Part shown: piece by piece, positions 26,928 through 37,167 of the stretch
Numbering within the stretch: position 1 is the stretch's first letter
How the letters are laid out: each line of letters starts with the position of its first letter
IMG/VR virus record: IMGVR_UViG_3300037010_001227
Coordinates: 1 to 64,000 of that record
Length of the DNA stretch: 64,000 bases
Direction: 5' to 3' (one strand)
The notes under the pieces: generated by a model
Database searches by the model: none
What the model was told of the DNA's origin: nothing
Seen by the model: only the letters and a program-made list of their open reading frames with translations
Translations under genes and position numbers: made by a program

Positions 26928-27425
26928 TTACAAATAAATAATCCAAGTAATAATTAGTGAAATAGTATCTGTTTTAGGAATACTTGAAAACCGTTTAATA
27001 GAAAATGCAGTATGTGGCGTAGTATTCAGCATTAAGGCGATTTCACTGATAGATTGTCCATTTAATGCTGTGTTAGATTTCGGAACTACAATGGAATGGA
27101 TGAGTTTTGGTGCAAGTGTGTTCACAGGGTTAATAGTAAAGGTGTAATCAGTATTAGCAACTAATCCAGTAATCTCATTTTTAAGAGTAAGATCGGCAGG
27201 TAAAACTGGATCAACACTGTTACTACCTTGGTAAACACCGCCATTACCAAATGCAACATCTGTAATAGATACATAATTGGTTCCAGCTAACGCATTTACA
27301 ATAGCTGCTCGACCATTTAATACAATGAGATTCTTATCTTCTACTAATGTAGTAAGCTTCCCAAATTCATCTACAGCACAAATTGTTACTTCGCCGCGCA
27401 TGTGGATATTTTCTTCAATATTCAT
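26928..27425 (-). CDS. baseplate/fibre-junction protein
   Basis: MRGEVTI..KNLIVLNGR..I..VAFGNGG..ISEIALM..FS.KRF..IPK..I.WII. Confidence 0.7.
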   Translation of the reverse strand: MNIEENIHMRGEVTICAVDEFGKLTTLVEDKNLIVLNGRAAIVNALAGTNYVSITDVAFGNGGVYQGSNSVDPVLPADLTLKNEITGLVANTDYTFTINPVNTLAPKLIHSIVVPKSNTALNGQSISEIALMLNTTPHTAFSIKRFSSIPKTDTISLIITWIIYL

Positions 27426-27443
27426 TAAAATACCTTCTCAAAA

Positions 27444-27451
27444 ACTTAATT
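27444..27451 (-). promoter_or_regulatory. candidate late promoter AATTAAGT
   Basis: 18 nt upstream of ATG 27425. Confidence 0.5.
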
Positions 27452-27503
27452 TAAAAAAGCCCAAACATTTTATTGCTTGGGCTATTTGTTAAATGAATAA
27501 AAC

Positions 27504-28568
27504 TTATTTATTTACTTCTAAGCTTAATTTTATACTGATCGGACTATCTAAACCCATTACATCTGAAAAATCATCCGCAGAGAAAGAGTCTACAACACCT
27601 GGGATAGAAGGCCCTCTTCTACTCGTTCCAGTTTTAACATATTGACTCATATTAGGTCTTACCATTCCTGGCACTTGGTTTTGAATAACAGGAGTTTCTG
27701 GATTTACTCCCATATTTTGTTGTGTCTGTTTTACTGTGTCAGAGAGATTTGGAGAGGATGGTTGCCAAAAAGTAGGAGTATATGAATTTAACACATCCAT
27801 TGGATCAGCTATATCAGTAAAATCATCAGCTACATGGTCTACTTCAACTTCTACTAAACCATCATTAGTTTTTGAAGTTTCTTTAGTTTCAGGCTCTTCA
27901 ACTACTTCTGGTTTTGTCTCTTCAACTTCATTTGAAATGTCTGGTTGTGTATCTTTGTGTAGTTCAACTTCAACCTCAGTTGGATCAAAGTATTCATCAT
28001 GACCTTTAGGATTTTTATTCTTATTTAAAGGACCGGAAGAAAAAATTTGATTTAAATCATCCATAAAACTATAAATATCATCTACTTTTTCTTCAGCAAT
28101 TCTATTTGATTGCTGTTGTTGAGCAGACTTTTGAGCAGCTTGTGTTTGCTGATTTGTTTGTTGCTGATTATTTTTATTTTGGTCTGGATTACTACTTTCA
28201 GCGGCTTGTCTAGCTAAAATAGCTAACTGAGTTAGTTTTTTAACATCTTCTGGAGATTTTACTTCAACATTCTCTGGGTTATCAGAAACAATAATTGGTT
28301 TACCTGTTTTAGGATCGACCATTATTGTGCTACCGTCAGGAGTAGTAGCTATTTGAGTAGCGCCATCTTGTTGAGCAATATCTGTTTGTGTAATTGGCTT
28401 ATTGTTAGAAAAAGTTCCTAAATTTGTTCCTTGAGGAAACAAATTGGCCATTTGTTCAGAACTTAAACTTTCAATAAAAGATTTACGTTCTTTATTAACC
28501 TCAGATTGAAGTTCTTTCATCTTATCTGAGGTTAACTTAATCTGACTAAAAAGAGAACGTTTTATCAT
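27504..28568 (-). CDS. hypothetical low-complexity protein
   Basis: 354 aa with Gln/Asn-rich and acidic tracts. Confidence 0.7.
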   Translation of the reverse strand: MIKRSLFSQIKLTSDKMKELQSEVNKERKSFIESLSSEQMANLFPQGTNLGTFSNNKPITQTDIAQQDGATQIATTPDGSTIMVDPKTGKPIIVSDNPENVEVKSPEDVKKLTQLAILARQAAESSNPDQNKNNQQQTNQQTQAAQKSAQQQQSNRIAEEKVDDIYSFMDDLNQIFSSGPLNKNKNPKGHDEYFDPTEVEVELHKDTQPDISNEVEETKPEVVEEPETKETSKTNDGLVEVEVDHVADDFTDIADPMDVLNSYTPTFWQPSSPNLSDTVKQTQQNMGVNPETPVIQNQVPGMVRPNMSQYVKTGTSRRGPSIPGVVDSFSADDFSDVMGLDSPISIKLSLEVNK

Positions 28569-29176
28569 TATTTTTCTTTCTTTCTACTACTTTTTGTTAC
28601 TGGTTCAACAACTGCCTGTTCAATAGCTGGTTCAACAACTGCTGGTTCAACAACTGCTGGTTCAACAACTGCTGGTTCAACAACTGCTGGTTCAACAACT
28701 GCTGGTTCAACAACTGCTGGTTCAACAACTGCTGGTTCAACAACTGCTGGTTCAACAACTGCCTGTTCAATAGCTGGTTCAACAACTGCTGGTTCAACAA
28801 CTGCTGGTTCAACAACTGCCTGTTCAATAGCTGGTTCAACAACTGCCTGTTCAATAGCTGGTTCAACAACTGCCTGTTCAACAACTGCCTGTTCAATAGC
28901 TGGTTCAACAACTGCCTGTTCAACAACTGCAGCTGGAACATTCACTAATTCTGGAATAGGTTCAGAAATTGGTTGATTAGGATTTATTAAAATACCAGTT
29001 CCATATTCTAGTTTTACTAAATGATGAGGAACATACTGATCTAAACCAGGATATTCTAATTCTTTAATCGTGTCAGGATATATAAGAATATCCTCTGCTG
29101 TTTTGAAATCACTTGAGGGAAGGATTACATGAACAACTTTAGTAGAAATATTTTTGTAAATATGTTGCTTTATCAT
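28568..29176 (-). CDS. hypothetical protein with (AVVEP)n repeat tail
   Basis: 202 aa; 110-aa repeat tract; basic C-terminus. Confidence 0.75.
   Translation of the reverse strand: MIKQHIYKNISTKVVHVILPSSDFKTAEDILIYPDTIKELEYPGLDQYVPHHLVKLEYGTGILINPNQPISEPIPELVNVPAAVVEQAVVEPAIEQAVVEQAVVEPAIEQAVVEPAIEQAVVEPAVVEPAVVEPAIEQAVVEPAVVEPAVVEPAVVEPAVVEPAVVEPAVVEPAVVEPAVVEPAIEQAVVEPVTKSSRKKEK
28601..28930 (-). repeat. coding tandem repeat: 18 x 15-nt ([10 protein letters not shown]) plus 5 x 12-nt (AIEQ) units
   Basis: Unit tggttcaacaactgc; nine identical copies at 28628-28762. Confidence 0.95.
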
Positions 29177-29179
29177 AGG

Positions 29180-29347
29180 TTATTTCTTTCTTCCACAGGT
29201 TCCACAAATAATACGGGTTCCTTGTAATTTTGCAAGAGCTTCACACGAAGCACAGCCCTTATATATAATTCGTTTTATAGGTTCAGAAACCGGTTTAGAA
29301 TACCCCGCTACTGATCCGCTGGTTGTCGATTCATTTAACTTTTTCAT
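29180..29347 (-). CDS. 55-aa protein with CxxC...CxxC (MKKLNESTTSGSVAGYSKP...CASC...CGTCGRKK)
   Basis: Manual translation; AGGA upstream; fills an intergenic gap; not in ORF track. Confidence 0.7.
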   Translation of the reverse strand: MKKLNESTTSGSVAGYSKPVSEPIKRIIYKGCASCEALAKLQGTRIICGTCGRKK

Positions 29348-29357
29348 ATTAATCCTA

Positions 29358-32300
29358 TTAGGCTGTTATAAAATATTTTAATTTAATGTCATCGGATACG
29401 ATTAGGCGGTATCCTAAATCAGGTGATAATTCTATGTATGCAATATTATTACCAATAATGAATTTCCATGCTTTACCATAAGCATATTCAATACCGTTGA
29501 TAGTTAATACCATGTTTGGAATTACTACATCATGGTTAATAGTAGAGGTTAAATCTGTTAATGTAGTAGATGAAACTACTTCCCCAGTTTTTGGATTAAT
29601 CCAAGAAACATCTGCATTAGTTGGGATAGGGAAGCGATATAAAATACCGCTAGAAATATCGGTTATATTTTGTGTAGTTATTACTGGTGAGAAATATCTA
29701 GCATTCTCTTCTATAATTGGATTTAATACATTTAACTCCTCGTTTAAAATATTATAAGTTATTTCAATAACATCTGTTTCATATACTGGAGTTATCATTT
29801 TAAGTGCTTTTGATACGTCCATAGTAATGGTCCAAGTTTTACCATATGCCATTTGTATACCGTTCAATGTTACCATGACATTTGGAACAGCAGTTGCTGA
29901 TAAAGGGTAATTTCCAGAGTTTACATAGCTTCCAGAACCAACTTCTGTCCATACAAAATATGGATTTTTATATTTTAAATAATATGTAGATTGAGTTCTA
30001 TCAAAAACATTAAAAGTCTCTGTAGTGGCAATTAAACCCTCAATAGAGAAGTCAAAATAATCCATGCCATCATATATTAATCCTGTATTTGGTGACATTC
30101 TAATAGTCATATTACCAGCATACAAAGAAGTCAATAAATTAGTAGTGCCTGGGATATAATAAGTTGACCGATTAGCGTAATTAGTAGCATTATCATATCT
30201 AGTATCAGTGTCATTCAAGGTCCACTGTGTTTCTACTGTGTTACTAATAGAAATTTTATTTTGGTTATTCATTGTAGTATAAAAGTTTTCTACTGTAGGA
30301 ACTACAATATCAGAACTTTCAAAATCTGGATTGAAATAGGCCCTGGAAACATCTGCTTTACTAGAAGCATAAATATATTTTAAATTGGATAACTGAGAAC
30401 GAGAGATAATATCGGTTGCATAGTCCGACATATTATCAGTTCTGTTAAACAAAACTTTTTCTGACCGTCTACCTTGCAGAGTTCGTCTATTACTACCATC
30501 ATAAGCATAAGGAAGTTTTTTTGATGTTCCTCTGGTCCACATTAATTCTCTATCAGAACTGATTTTTCTAGTGGCTAAAAAATTAGCTGGATTAGTAGTA
30601 TCTAGAAGCTGAAGAGCTGTTTGCCATCTAGTAGAATTTCTGCAAGTCTCTTGAATATCATAAGAAGTATCTACAGAGAGATAAGGAATTAGATAATTTG
30701 AATTTTCATCGCCCTGCGTAGTTTGAAAATAATTTGACCACCAAGAAGGTGAGATTTTTTCACCTGTTATATATGATGTATATAAAGAAGAATAAACTTT
30801 CCATAAATGCTTGTCGCAGACATTTAAAGTATCCTTATTTACTACAGAATAATCCGGTGTAATTTTATATTGTTTTAAACTCTGCCGTGTATATACTATA
30901 GGCAAGGAAGTTTTGTATAACTTTTCATTGACAAAATCTTCTTTTAAGGTTCCTGTAACAGGATCAAATTCAAACTTTTGAGTTCCTTTAATATCTTCTG
31001 AAGATAACACAGGCACTGTATTAGAATAAGCTCTAGTGAATTTATTATTTGATCTGTTGTTGATGTACATAGAACGAGATGTTTTTTCTAGTGGAACATC
31101 ATCAACAGTTTTTGTTTTCGCAGCAAATAATACTCTAATAGAAGCATTGTTAAGGAAAGAAGCATCCGTAATAGCATTGCAATTAGTCAATTGTTTTGCA
31201 ATTGCTAAACTATCGAAGTATAATTGTTTATTATACAGCTTATAACAAGAACTATCTAAAATAAGATCTTGTGTATTATCATCAGAAGTAGTTCCACTAT
31301 ACTGGAATGCTACAATCAAAAACTCGTCTATAAGTTTTTGTAGAACATCTTTGGGAGTTGGTTTTGGTTCTATTTCTAGATCATCATAAAACCGGGTACA
31401 GTTTTTTAAATCCCATGGGTTTTTATTTACATATGATTCAACGTGACCGTTTATAGTGACAGTATCGCGTTGAGATGCATTTAAAGACTTAACTTTATCT
31501 ATTTTAACTTTTGTAGTTAAATTATATTTAAATTTTAAAAAAGATTTTAAATCTATTATTGTATTAGTTTTAAAAATATCAGAGATATCTACTTTTACAA
31601 ACTTAAAAGTTGCAGGATATCGTAAAGATTCTTCTTGAATAGTTCGTGTGTTTGTATCAACAGAAGTTCCTGGATATCCATCCCCACCATCAAAGTCTTC
31701 AGTATACCAAATATGATTATTTAAAACATTATAACCATTATTATTTTCTTCCCATACAGTTTTAATAGACAATCCAACAGTTTGCACCTCAGTAAAATCA
31801 GATACTCTTTTTGCGTTAGCTAACTTATATTGACTAAAAGATGTATAGATGGTTCCATGGTTATTATTTGAAGGAACCCAGGGTGCTACTTGATCTGTTG
31901 TAGGTAAATTAACATTTCTAAAAGAAATGGTTTCTTCTGGTTTATTCGATGTTAGATAAGCAGAGAAGTCAAAATATTCTCTATATTCTAAACACTCTGC
32001 GGCCAAATTATCATTGGTAGTTCCAAAAGTATAGTCAGCTAGACTAAATAATACATCAACATTATTGATAAAAATATGGAATGGCTTAAACTTTAATAAC
32101 ATTTCCAGTGCTGCATCTAAGTTTGTAGCAATGACATTTCCATTTGTATCAATAGAATCTAAAGCTTCATCTTTCTTTAAAACTACATTTATTCTTGGAG
32201 TTTTAGAATATCTAGATAAAGAACCTTCGCCAGTTAATGGATTGTATCCAGGTGTAGTAGCTAAAGTGCTAACGCCCGTAGATTTATCACTAGTGTTTCT

Positions 32301-32879
32301 ATAAGGTCTTATAACATGACCAGCATCGTTAAGAAAGGCATCTGATAAATTGTAAGATTCAAATAGATCAGATTCAATTGCAACTGATATTGGATTACCC
32401 TGATCATCTCTTGGATATGTTTTAAACCAAGGCTTGTGTAAAATTTCTTCTGGTATATTGTTAAATATACGTTCTTTTACAGTCAGTTCACCTAAATGAT
32501 CTCGGTATAATTCGCTAATGAATACAGAATATCCTACTAGCTTTTCAGCTAAAGTTAAACCAGCTTTAGTTCCTTTTATTTTATACAGCAGGGGAGCTGT
32601 TTTAATCTGTTCTCGCCAACAGACAGGATCTGTTCCAACTAAGTTCCAACCAATTAAAGAAGATAAGAATTTAAGATATTTTTCTGGACAAAGATCTGGA
32701 TCAAACAACTCATCCATATTCACTATCTTGTTATAGAAATAGTGATACATGTGTTGAGCCATTGTATAGACTAGCAGTTGTAAAGCTTTACCGTTATCAT
32801 CATCAGAGCTTCGCCATACTTCTGGAATTTTATACCAGATAGAATTATAAAATTCTTCAAAAGTTAGTTTAGTTTTCAT
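29358..32879 (-). CDS. large baseplate wedge protein (P2 gpI / T4 gp7-like N-terminus)
   Basis: FDPDLCPEKYLKFLSSLIGW..WREQIK.A..LYKIKGTK.GL..FKPFH. Confidence 0.75.
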   Translation of the reverse strand: MKTKLTFEEFYNSIWYKIPEVWRSSDDDNGKALQLLVYTMAQHMYHYFYNKIVNMDELFDPDLCPEKYLKFLSSLIGWNLVGTDPVCWREQIKTAPLLYKIKGTKAGLTLAEKLVGYSVFISELYRDHLGELTVKERIFNNIPEEILHKPWFKTYPRDDQGNPISVAIESDLFESYNLSDAFLNDAGHVIRPYRNTSDKSTGVSTLATTPGYNPLTGEGSLSRYSKTPRINVVLKKDEALDSIDTNGNVIATNLDAALEMLLKFKPFHIFINNVDVLFSLADYTFGTTNDNLAAECLEYREYFDFSAYLTSNKPEETISFRNVNLPTTDQVAPWVPSNNNHGTIYTSFSQYKLANAKRVSDFTEVQTVGLSIKTVWEENNNGYNVLNNHIWYTEDFDGGDGYPGTSVDTNTRTIQEESLRYPATFKFVKVDISDIFKTNTIIDLKSFLKFKYNLTTKVKIDKVKSLNASQRDTVTINGHVESYVNKNPWDLKNCTRFYDDLEIEPKPTPKDVLQKLIDEFLIVAFQYSGTTSDDNTQDLILDSSCYKLYNKQLYFDSLAIAKQLTNCNAITDASFLNNASIRVLFAAKTKTVDDVPLEKTSRSMYINNRSNNKFTRAYSNTVPVLSSEDIKGTQKFEFDPVTGTLKEDFVNEKLYKTSLPIVYTRQSLKQYKITPDYSVVNKDTLNVCDKHLWKVYSSLYTSYITGEKISPSWWSNYFQTTQGDENSNYLIPYLSVDTSYDIQETCRNSTRWQTALQLLDTTNPANFLATRKISSDRELMWTRGTSKKLPYAYDGSNRRTLQGRRSEKVLFNRTDNMSDYATDIISRSQLSNLKYIYASSKADVSRAYFNPDFESSDIVVPTVENFYTTMNNQNKISISNTVETQWTLNDTDTRYDNATNYANRSTYYIPGTTNLLTSLYAGNMTIRMSPNTGLIYDGMDYFDFSIEGLIATTETFNVFDRTQSTYYLKYKNPYFVWTEVGSGSYVNSGNYPLSATAVPNVMVTLNGIQMAYGKTWTITMDVSKALKMITPVYETDVIEITYNILNEELNVLNPIIEENARYFSPVITTQNITDISSGILYRFPIPTNADVSWINPKTGEVVSSTTLTDLTSTINHDVVIPNMVLTINGIEYAYGKAWKFIIGNNIAYIELSPDLGYRLIVSDDIKLKYFITA

Positions 32880-32898
32880 TAAAGTCTCTTACGCTGAA

Positions 32899-33495
32899 TT
32901 ATTTAATAATTGGAACTCCAGAAGGTGCAAAAAGTGCTCTACAGGTTCCTGCAAAAAATATTGATTGTGAACCTGTACAAACTGCTAGAGGAGCATATCC
33001 TATTGTATCTTGATTAAAAGTGGTTTTGTCACCTGATAAGTATAACGAATCTTCATCTGTATTAAGATATAAAGGATCACCAGGAATAGCATTCCATAAA
33101 GTAGCTAAATTTTTTGTGGGATAAACAAAATTAGGACAGAATGTACATACTACAATACTATTTCTATTTGATACAGCGCTGTCTATTTCAGCTTCTGCTA
33201 CCACAATACCATAACGAGCATGTAAAGGATCATGTACTGTTGCATGGACAGCAATTTCATCATCAGTTATTCTAACAATTTGGTAAAGTAGAAACTCTGA
33301 AGAGTCTAAAGCAGGTTGTAAAATACTTACTGCCCCACCGTAAGAAAAAATAGTGTTAATGTTGTCTGCATAAGTATATGCAGAGAGTGCCGGTCTATTT
33401 AAATTTTGAAAATAAGGAACTTCATCTCGTAAGAGAGGAAGAAATCCAGGATAGTTAGGGACTTGCTGCGTAGGGTTTATATGTTTTATTCTCAT
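32899..33495 (-). CDS. structural protein with NRP anchor motif and cement-like domain
   Basis: PYFQNLNRP; YGIVV..PGDPLYL..GYAPLAV. Confidence 0.6.
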   Translation of the reverse strand: MRIKHINPTQQVPNYPGFLPLLRDEVPYFQNLNRPALSAYTYADNINTIFSYGGAVSILQPALDSSEFLLYQIVRITDDEIAVHATVHDPLHARYGIVVAEAEIDSAVSNRNSIVVCTFCPNFVYPTKNLATLWNAIPGDPLYLNTDEDSLYLSGDKTTFNQDTIGYAPLAVCTGSQSIFFAGTCRALFAPSGVPIIK

Positions 33496-36023
33496 TATTT
33501 GATTACCGTTATATTACCGTAAGATGCTAATTCTCTTATTGCGCCTGAAGCCTTATCCGCAGAGTTTTTTACCATACGGAATTGTAAAGTTTCGTTTAAT
33601 TTTAATGAAACTATGGTATCAATTGTCATAGTCCAAAGACCTGACACACTACCAATAGCTGATGTAGTTGCTCCACCAACAGTTTTTGCAATAGTTTTTC
33701 CTTGCTTTTGTAAATCAATAATAACAGAGTAATCGGATGCATCTAAAACTACGTTTAGTTTTACATGTAAGATACAATCTCGTAAAGCTTTAAAAACACC
33801 CTCGTCCACAGCGGCCACTAAGAAATCATTAAAATAATCTGAAAATAGATCTGGAGCATCATTAGATACTAAACCACCGTCTCCAGTTGGTTTATAGTCC
33901 CAAGAACCCCAAATATCTTGATTATTACTTCTAACATTTGCAACTAGATCGTCTACATATCCCTTACTTGTAACTGTATGGATATCATCAGATTGTGTTG
34001 TTCCACCAGTTCGTAATTTGATTGTAGGAACAGTTTCATCACCTAGTAGTAGGAAATCAGCAGTATCAACAAAGTTAATATATTTTGAACTAGTATCTAT
34101 AATAGCATTTACTGCTACTGTATCAATACTTAAAACTCGGCCATTATGAGAAGAGTCTGCAAGAGTTAAGAAATTAGTGAATGATTTTGGTCCAGTAATA
34201 TCTTGAAGAACTGTTCCACCTACAGTCACCATAGGAGTAATAGCAGAAGAAATAATTGCGCCATCAACATAGGTCTTTAGATAACCTTTATTTACTGCGT
34301 CTAAAGCATCCCAACCGTCATCAGAAAAATGAGCTGAGGTTGTGTATATTTTTAAAACTTGTAACTGTGGAGCGTCAGTCGAATCAATAAACCGGATAGG
34401 TGACGAGCTATAAATGTCTGTATGTCCTAAGGTGTTAAACTTAAGAACTGTAGAAGAGTCAGTAAGTGTTGTTACATTAAATTCAAAGATTCCGGCAATT
34501 GCATTACCTTCTGATGTTCCACTTAATGAAACCTTCTGAACGGTTGAATCTGAAATGGATGCGAACAGTGAATCAGTATATTTTTTATTACAGACTTCAG
34601 AATCTAGTACTGGTTGTTTTAATACATGGACTCCATGCGAACCAGAAAGAATTACATAACCATCGGCAGATAAAGCTAAATTAGAAAGTAGTTCAGAACC
34701 TGATTTAGCGTGTAGCAATAGGGTAGAACTATTTGATAAATCTGTTAATGTAACAGTTTTAAACTTAGTAGCCTCTGCTAAAGCTCGTTCATCAGTTTCA
34801 GTAGGTCTTGTAACTCCAACTGAAGTATCTTGAACTAGTCCTAAATAAACTCCTAATCCATAATCAGAATAATCACCAAAAGTGATACCAGAAATTGGAT
34901 TCACTCCTAGAGTTGGGATTAAGGCACTTGTAATACCAGTAGTTTGATTTACTGAGTTACCAATACTTCTTGTAACGCTAGGAAATTGTGCGACTAACGT
35001 TTGAGTATTTGCAGTTGAAAACTTAAAGTTTAAAGAGGTTGAGATACTCTGTTCTAATTCTGGAATTGCTTCAGAGAAACTTGCAGTATGAACAAGATTA
35101 TTTTTAGCAAAATCGAAAAGACTTCCAACTGTCACACCAGCAGACTGATAAATTTTATCTTGATTACTGCTTGAAGAGATAATAGGAGATTTAAAGTGTA
35201 ATTCATTTAGTTTAGAATCTAAATCTAAATCTAAGAATTCTCCAGTTACTTGATTATATACTAAATCATTATTGGTAAAAAATACAGGAACAGCACTTTG
35301 TGATGTAGCGAATTGTGGCTTATGACTACTCTGGTATTCAGCGAACACATAAGGTGAGTTTACTGTATTAATATTGATTGTTTTTAAAACAATTGCAGAT
35401 TCTTTGTTGTCTCTTACAACAGTAACTAACCCAGAAGTAGAGTCATCGTAGTTTTTTTGTAAGAAATTATTATCACTTAATACACCTACTTGGTTTCCAC
35501 CAAAAGTGATTTCTGTAGTGCTAAGAATTTTACCTACAGTAATATCCTGATATCCTTTACCGCCACAATATTGATTATAGTAGAAGTAGTCAGTTAAAAC
35601 ACCACCAAAACCTACTTTAAGTGTATTACCTACTGAAGTTTTTAAAAACGCTTGAAGTTTATCATTTACTTTATATAGAATAGAGAAAGATAGACATTTA
35701 TATATATTAGTTTTACTATCTTTATCTACTACTAGAACAATAGGAAATTTAGAATAATCAATTTCGGAAACTGGTTTGGTGATGTCAACTGGAAACAGTA
35801 AGCTGTTTTCTCTAATACAAGCACAAGTATTCTTAGTAAATCCACCCACAGGTTCTGTTTCTGGGTTTGCTTTTGCTTCAATATAAAATCCTAGATTACC
35901 TAACTGATTGTTTAATAACTGAAGGTTAGATACTATGTCGTATAAAGGTCTGTTATCCACCGATACGTCATAAATATCTGTTTCATTGTAGTATCTTACT
36001 GGTAATAGTGACAACGTTGACAT
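33495..36023 (-). CDS. baseplate-attached fibre/spike-like protein
   Basis: N-terminal VRYY..D.Y..VDNRPL..N; repeated D(A/V)V(N/S)K.Y.D motifs; C-terminal beta-sandwich. Confidence 0.65.
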   Translation of the reverse strand: MSTLSLLPVRYYNETDIYDVSVDNRPLYDIVSNLQLLNNQLGNLGFYIEAKANPETEPVGGFTKNTCACIRENSLLFPVDITKPVSEIDYSKFPIVLVVDKDSKTNIYKCLSFSILYKVNDKLQAFLKTSVGNTLKVGFGGVLTDYFYYNQYCGGKGYQDITVGKILSTTEITFGGNQVGVLSDNNFLQKNYDDSTSGLVTVVRDNKESAIVLKTININTVNSPYVFAEYQSSHKPQFATSQSAVPVFFTNNDLVYNQVTGEFLDLDLDSKLNELHFKSPIISSSSNQDKIYQSAGVTVGSLFDFAKNNLVHTASFSEAIPELEQSISTSLNFKFSTANTQTLVAQFPSVTRSIGNSVNQTTGITSALIPTLGVNPISGITFGDYSDYGLGVYLGLVQDTSVGVTRPTETDERALAEATKFKTVTLTDLSNSSTLLLHAKSGSELLSNLALSADGYVILSGSHGVHVLKQPVLDSEVCNKKYTDSLFASISDSTVQKVSLSGTSEGNAIAGIFEFNVTTLTDSSTVLKFNTLGHTDIYSSSPIRFIDSTDAPQLQVLKIYTTSAHFSDDGWDALDAVNKGYLKTYVDGAIISSAITPMVTVGGTVLQDITGPKSFTNFLTLADSSHNGRVLSIDTVAVNAIIDTSSKYINFVDTADFLLLGDETVPTIKLRTGGTTQSDDIHTVTSKGYVDDLVANVRSNNQDIWGSWDYKPTGDGGLVSNDAPDLFSDYFNDFLVAAVDEGVFKALRDCILHVKLNVVLDASDYSVIIDLQKQGKTIAKTVGGATTSAIGSVSGLWTMTIDTIVSLKLNETLQFRMVKNSADKASGAIRELASYGNITVIK

Positions 36024-36056
36024 TAAAATTCCTATTCTACAATAGCATTAAAAATT

Positions 36057-36082
36057 AATTGCCTAGCTAAAACTAGGCAATT
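36057..36082 (-). terminator. hairpin, probable terminator
   Basis: 10-bp stem aattgcctag/ctaggcaatt, 6-nt loop, followed by AATTTTT on minus strand. Confidence 0.55.
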
Positions 36083-36091
36083 TCATTTATA

Positions 36092-36343
36092 CTATGTATG
36101 TGAAGATTGTGTTCTTTTTGCGGCTTCCATTGCGTCTTTTTTAGTCTCTTCTATTTGGTATGCTCTATTGAAATAGTTCATTAAATCAATTGGTAACAAT
36201 AGTTCTGTGAATTGATACTCAGCCTTTATTGTCTGGCGCAAGTAGATTTCAATATCTATTATATCCTTGTAAACTACAAAATTGTGAAAAAAAGTATATA
36301 AGATTGAATCTATATTATCTAAAGTTTCTACTGTGAGGGGTAT
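36092..36343 (-). CDS. downstream tail-assembly partner (T4 gp51 / gpT-like); start uncertain
   Basis: Frame open to 36499 but no ATG after the upstream stop until near the end; ATA at 36341-36343 has GGAG 5 nt upstream. Confidence 0.55.
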   Translation of the reverse strand: MPLTVETLDNIDSILYTFFHNFVVYKDIIDIEIYLRQTIKAEYQFTELLLPIDLMNYFNRAYQIEETKKDAMEAAKRTQSSHT

Positions 36344-36359
36344 GTCTGCTCCGAAAATA

Positions 36360-37151
36360 TTACTGAAAAAACAAGTCAGTATAAGGAATTGTGTATTGTT
36401 GTTCAGTCTTACATACTGGACAGGAAACTTCGGCTTCACCAAAAAGTCCAAAAGTATCATCTGGATAAGCACCAGTGACCAAGTTGGCTTCATCAGCATT
36501 TAGATAATCTAGGAGCTGATCTTTAATAACAGGGACTGGAAAGCCTGAGACTTGAGTAATATGGGCTTTTAGTAATTCTGTTAGTGGGTAAGTAGTAATA
36601 GGCTGATTTAGTTTTGCCGCCATTTCAGCACTTTGTCTAATTGCATTATCAATTCTAACGTAATCTGCTCTTGTAAGAGGTTTCACGTCTACTGTTACCT
36701 CAAACCCATGTTCTTTTTTGAACCGTGGTAACGTAATGGTTTTTACAGGTACTAGAGGCTCTTCCAGTAATTTCACAGACGTATTTGCAGTAACATCATA
36801 TTCAAAATTGAACTTGTGACGACACTGAACATTTTCACAAAACTTGGTTCCACTGGCTTTATTTCCAGAAGTATAGAGTCTTACTAAATATACTAAATAA
36901 TTATAATCCTGGATTAATAGTTTTGATAACTCAATTGGCTCTTGAATACAAGAAGAAATACAGTTATCAAAAACCTTCTTATCGAATCTTCCTGAAGCTG
37001 TTAAATGTTTTAATTCTTTAACAGTTAAACCTCTAACATTTACTATAGAAGGTTGGCTGTTGTACTGTCCATTTGAAGGCAAAGTATGTTCATGAAATGC
37101 GGGTAGTAATAGTTTTAAATCAAAAGTCTGAATGCCTTGCTGTGAAGCCAT
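36360..37151 (-). CDS. tail assembly chaperone / baseplate hub assembly protein, T4 gp26-like
   Basis: HTLPSNG..VRGLTVKE..LLIQDYNYL...R..CPVC..IP..LFF. Confidence 0.8.
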   Translation of the reverse strand: MASQQGIQTFDLKLLLPAFHEHTLPSNGQYNSQPSIVNVRGLTVKELKHLTASGRFDKKVFDNCISSCIQEPIELSKLLIQDYNYLVYLVRLYTSGNKASGTKFCENVQCRHKFNFEYDVTANTSVKLLEEPLVPVKTITLPRFKKEHGFEVTVDVKPLTRADYVRIDNAIRQSAEMAAKLNQPITTYPLTELLKAHITQVSGFPVPVIKDQLLDYLNADEANLVTGAYPDDTFGLFGEAEVSCPVCKTEQQYTIPYTDLFFQ

Positions 37152-37167
37152 GAAAATCCTTTAGGTG

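Noticed and set aside
28601-28930. Possible CRISPR array
   Set aside because: Units are contiguous 12-15 nt with no unique spacers, and they encode an in-frame peptide repeat
28597-28941. [17 protein letters not shown]...
   Set aside because: Alternate-frame shadow of the AVVEP repeat
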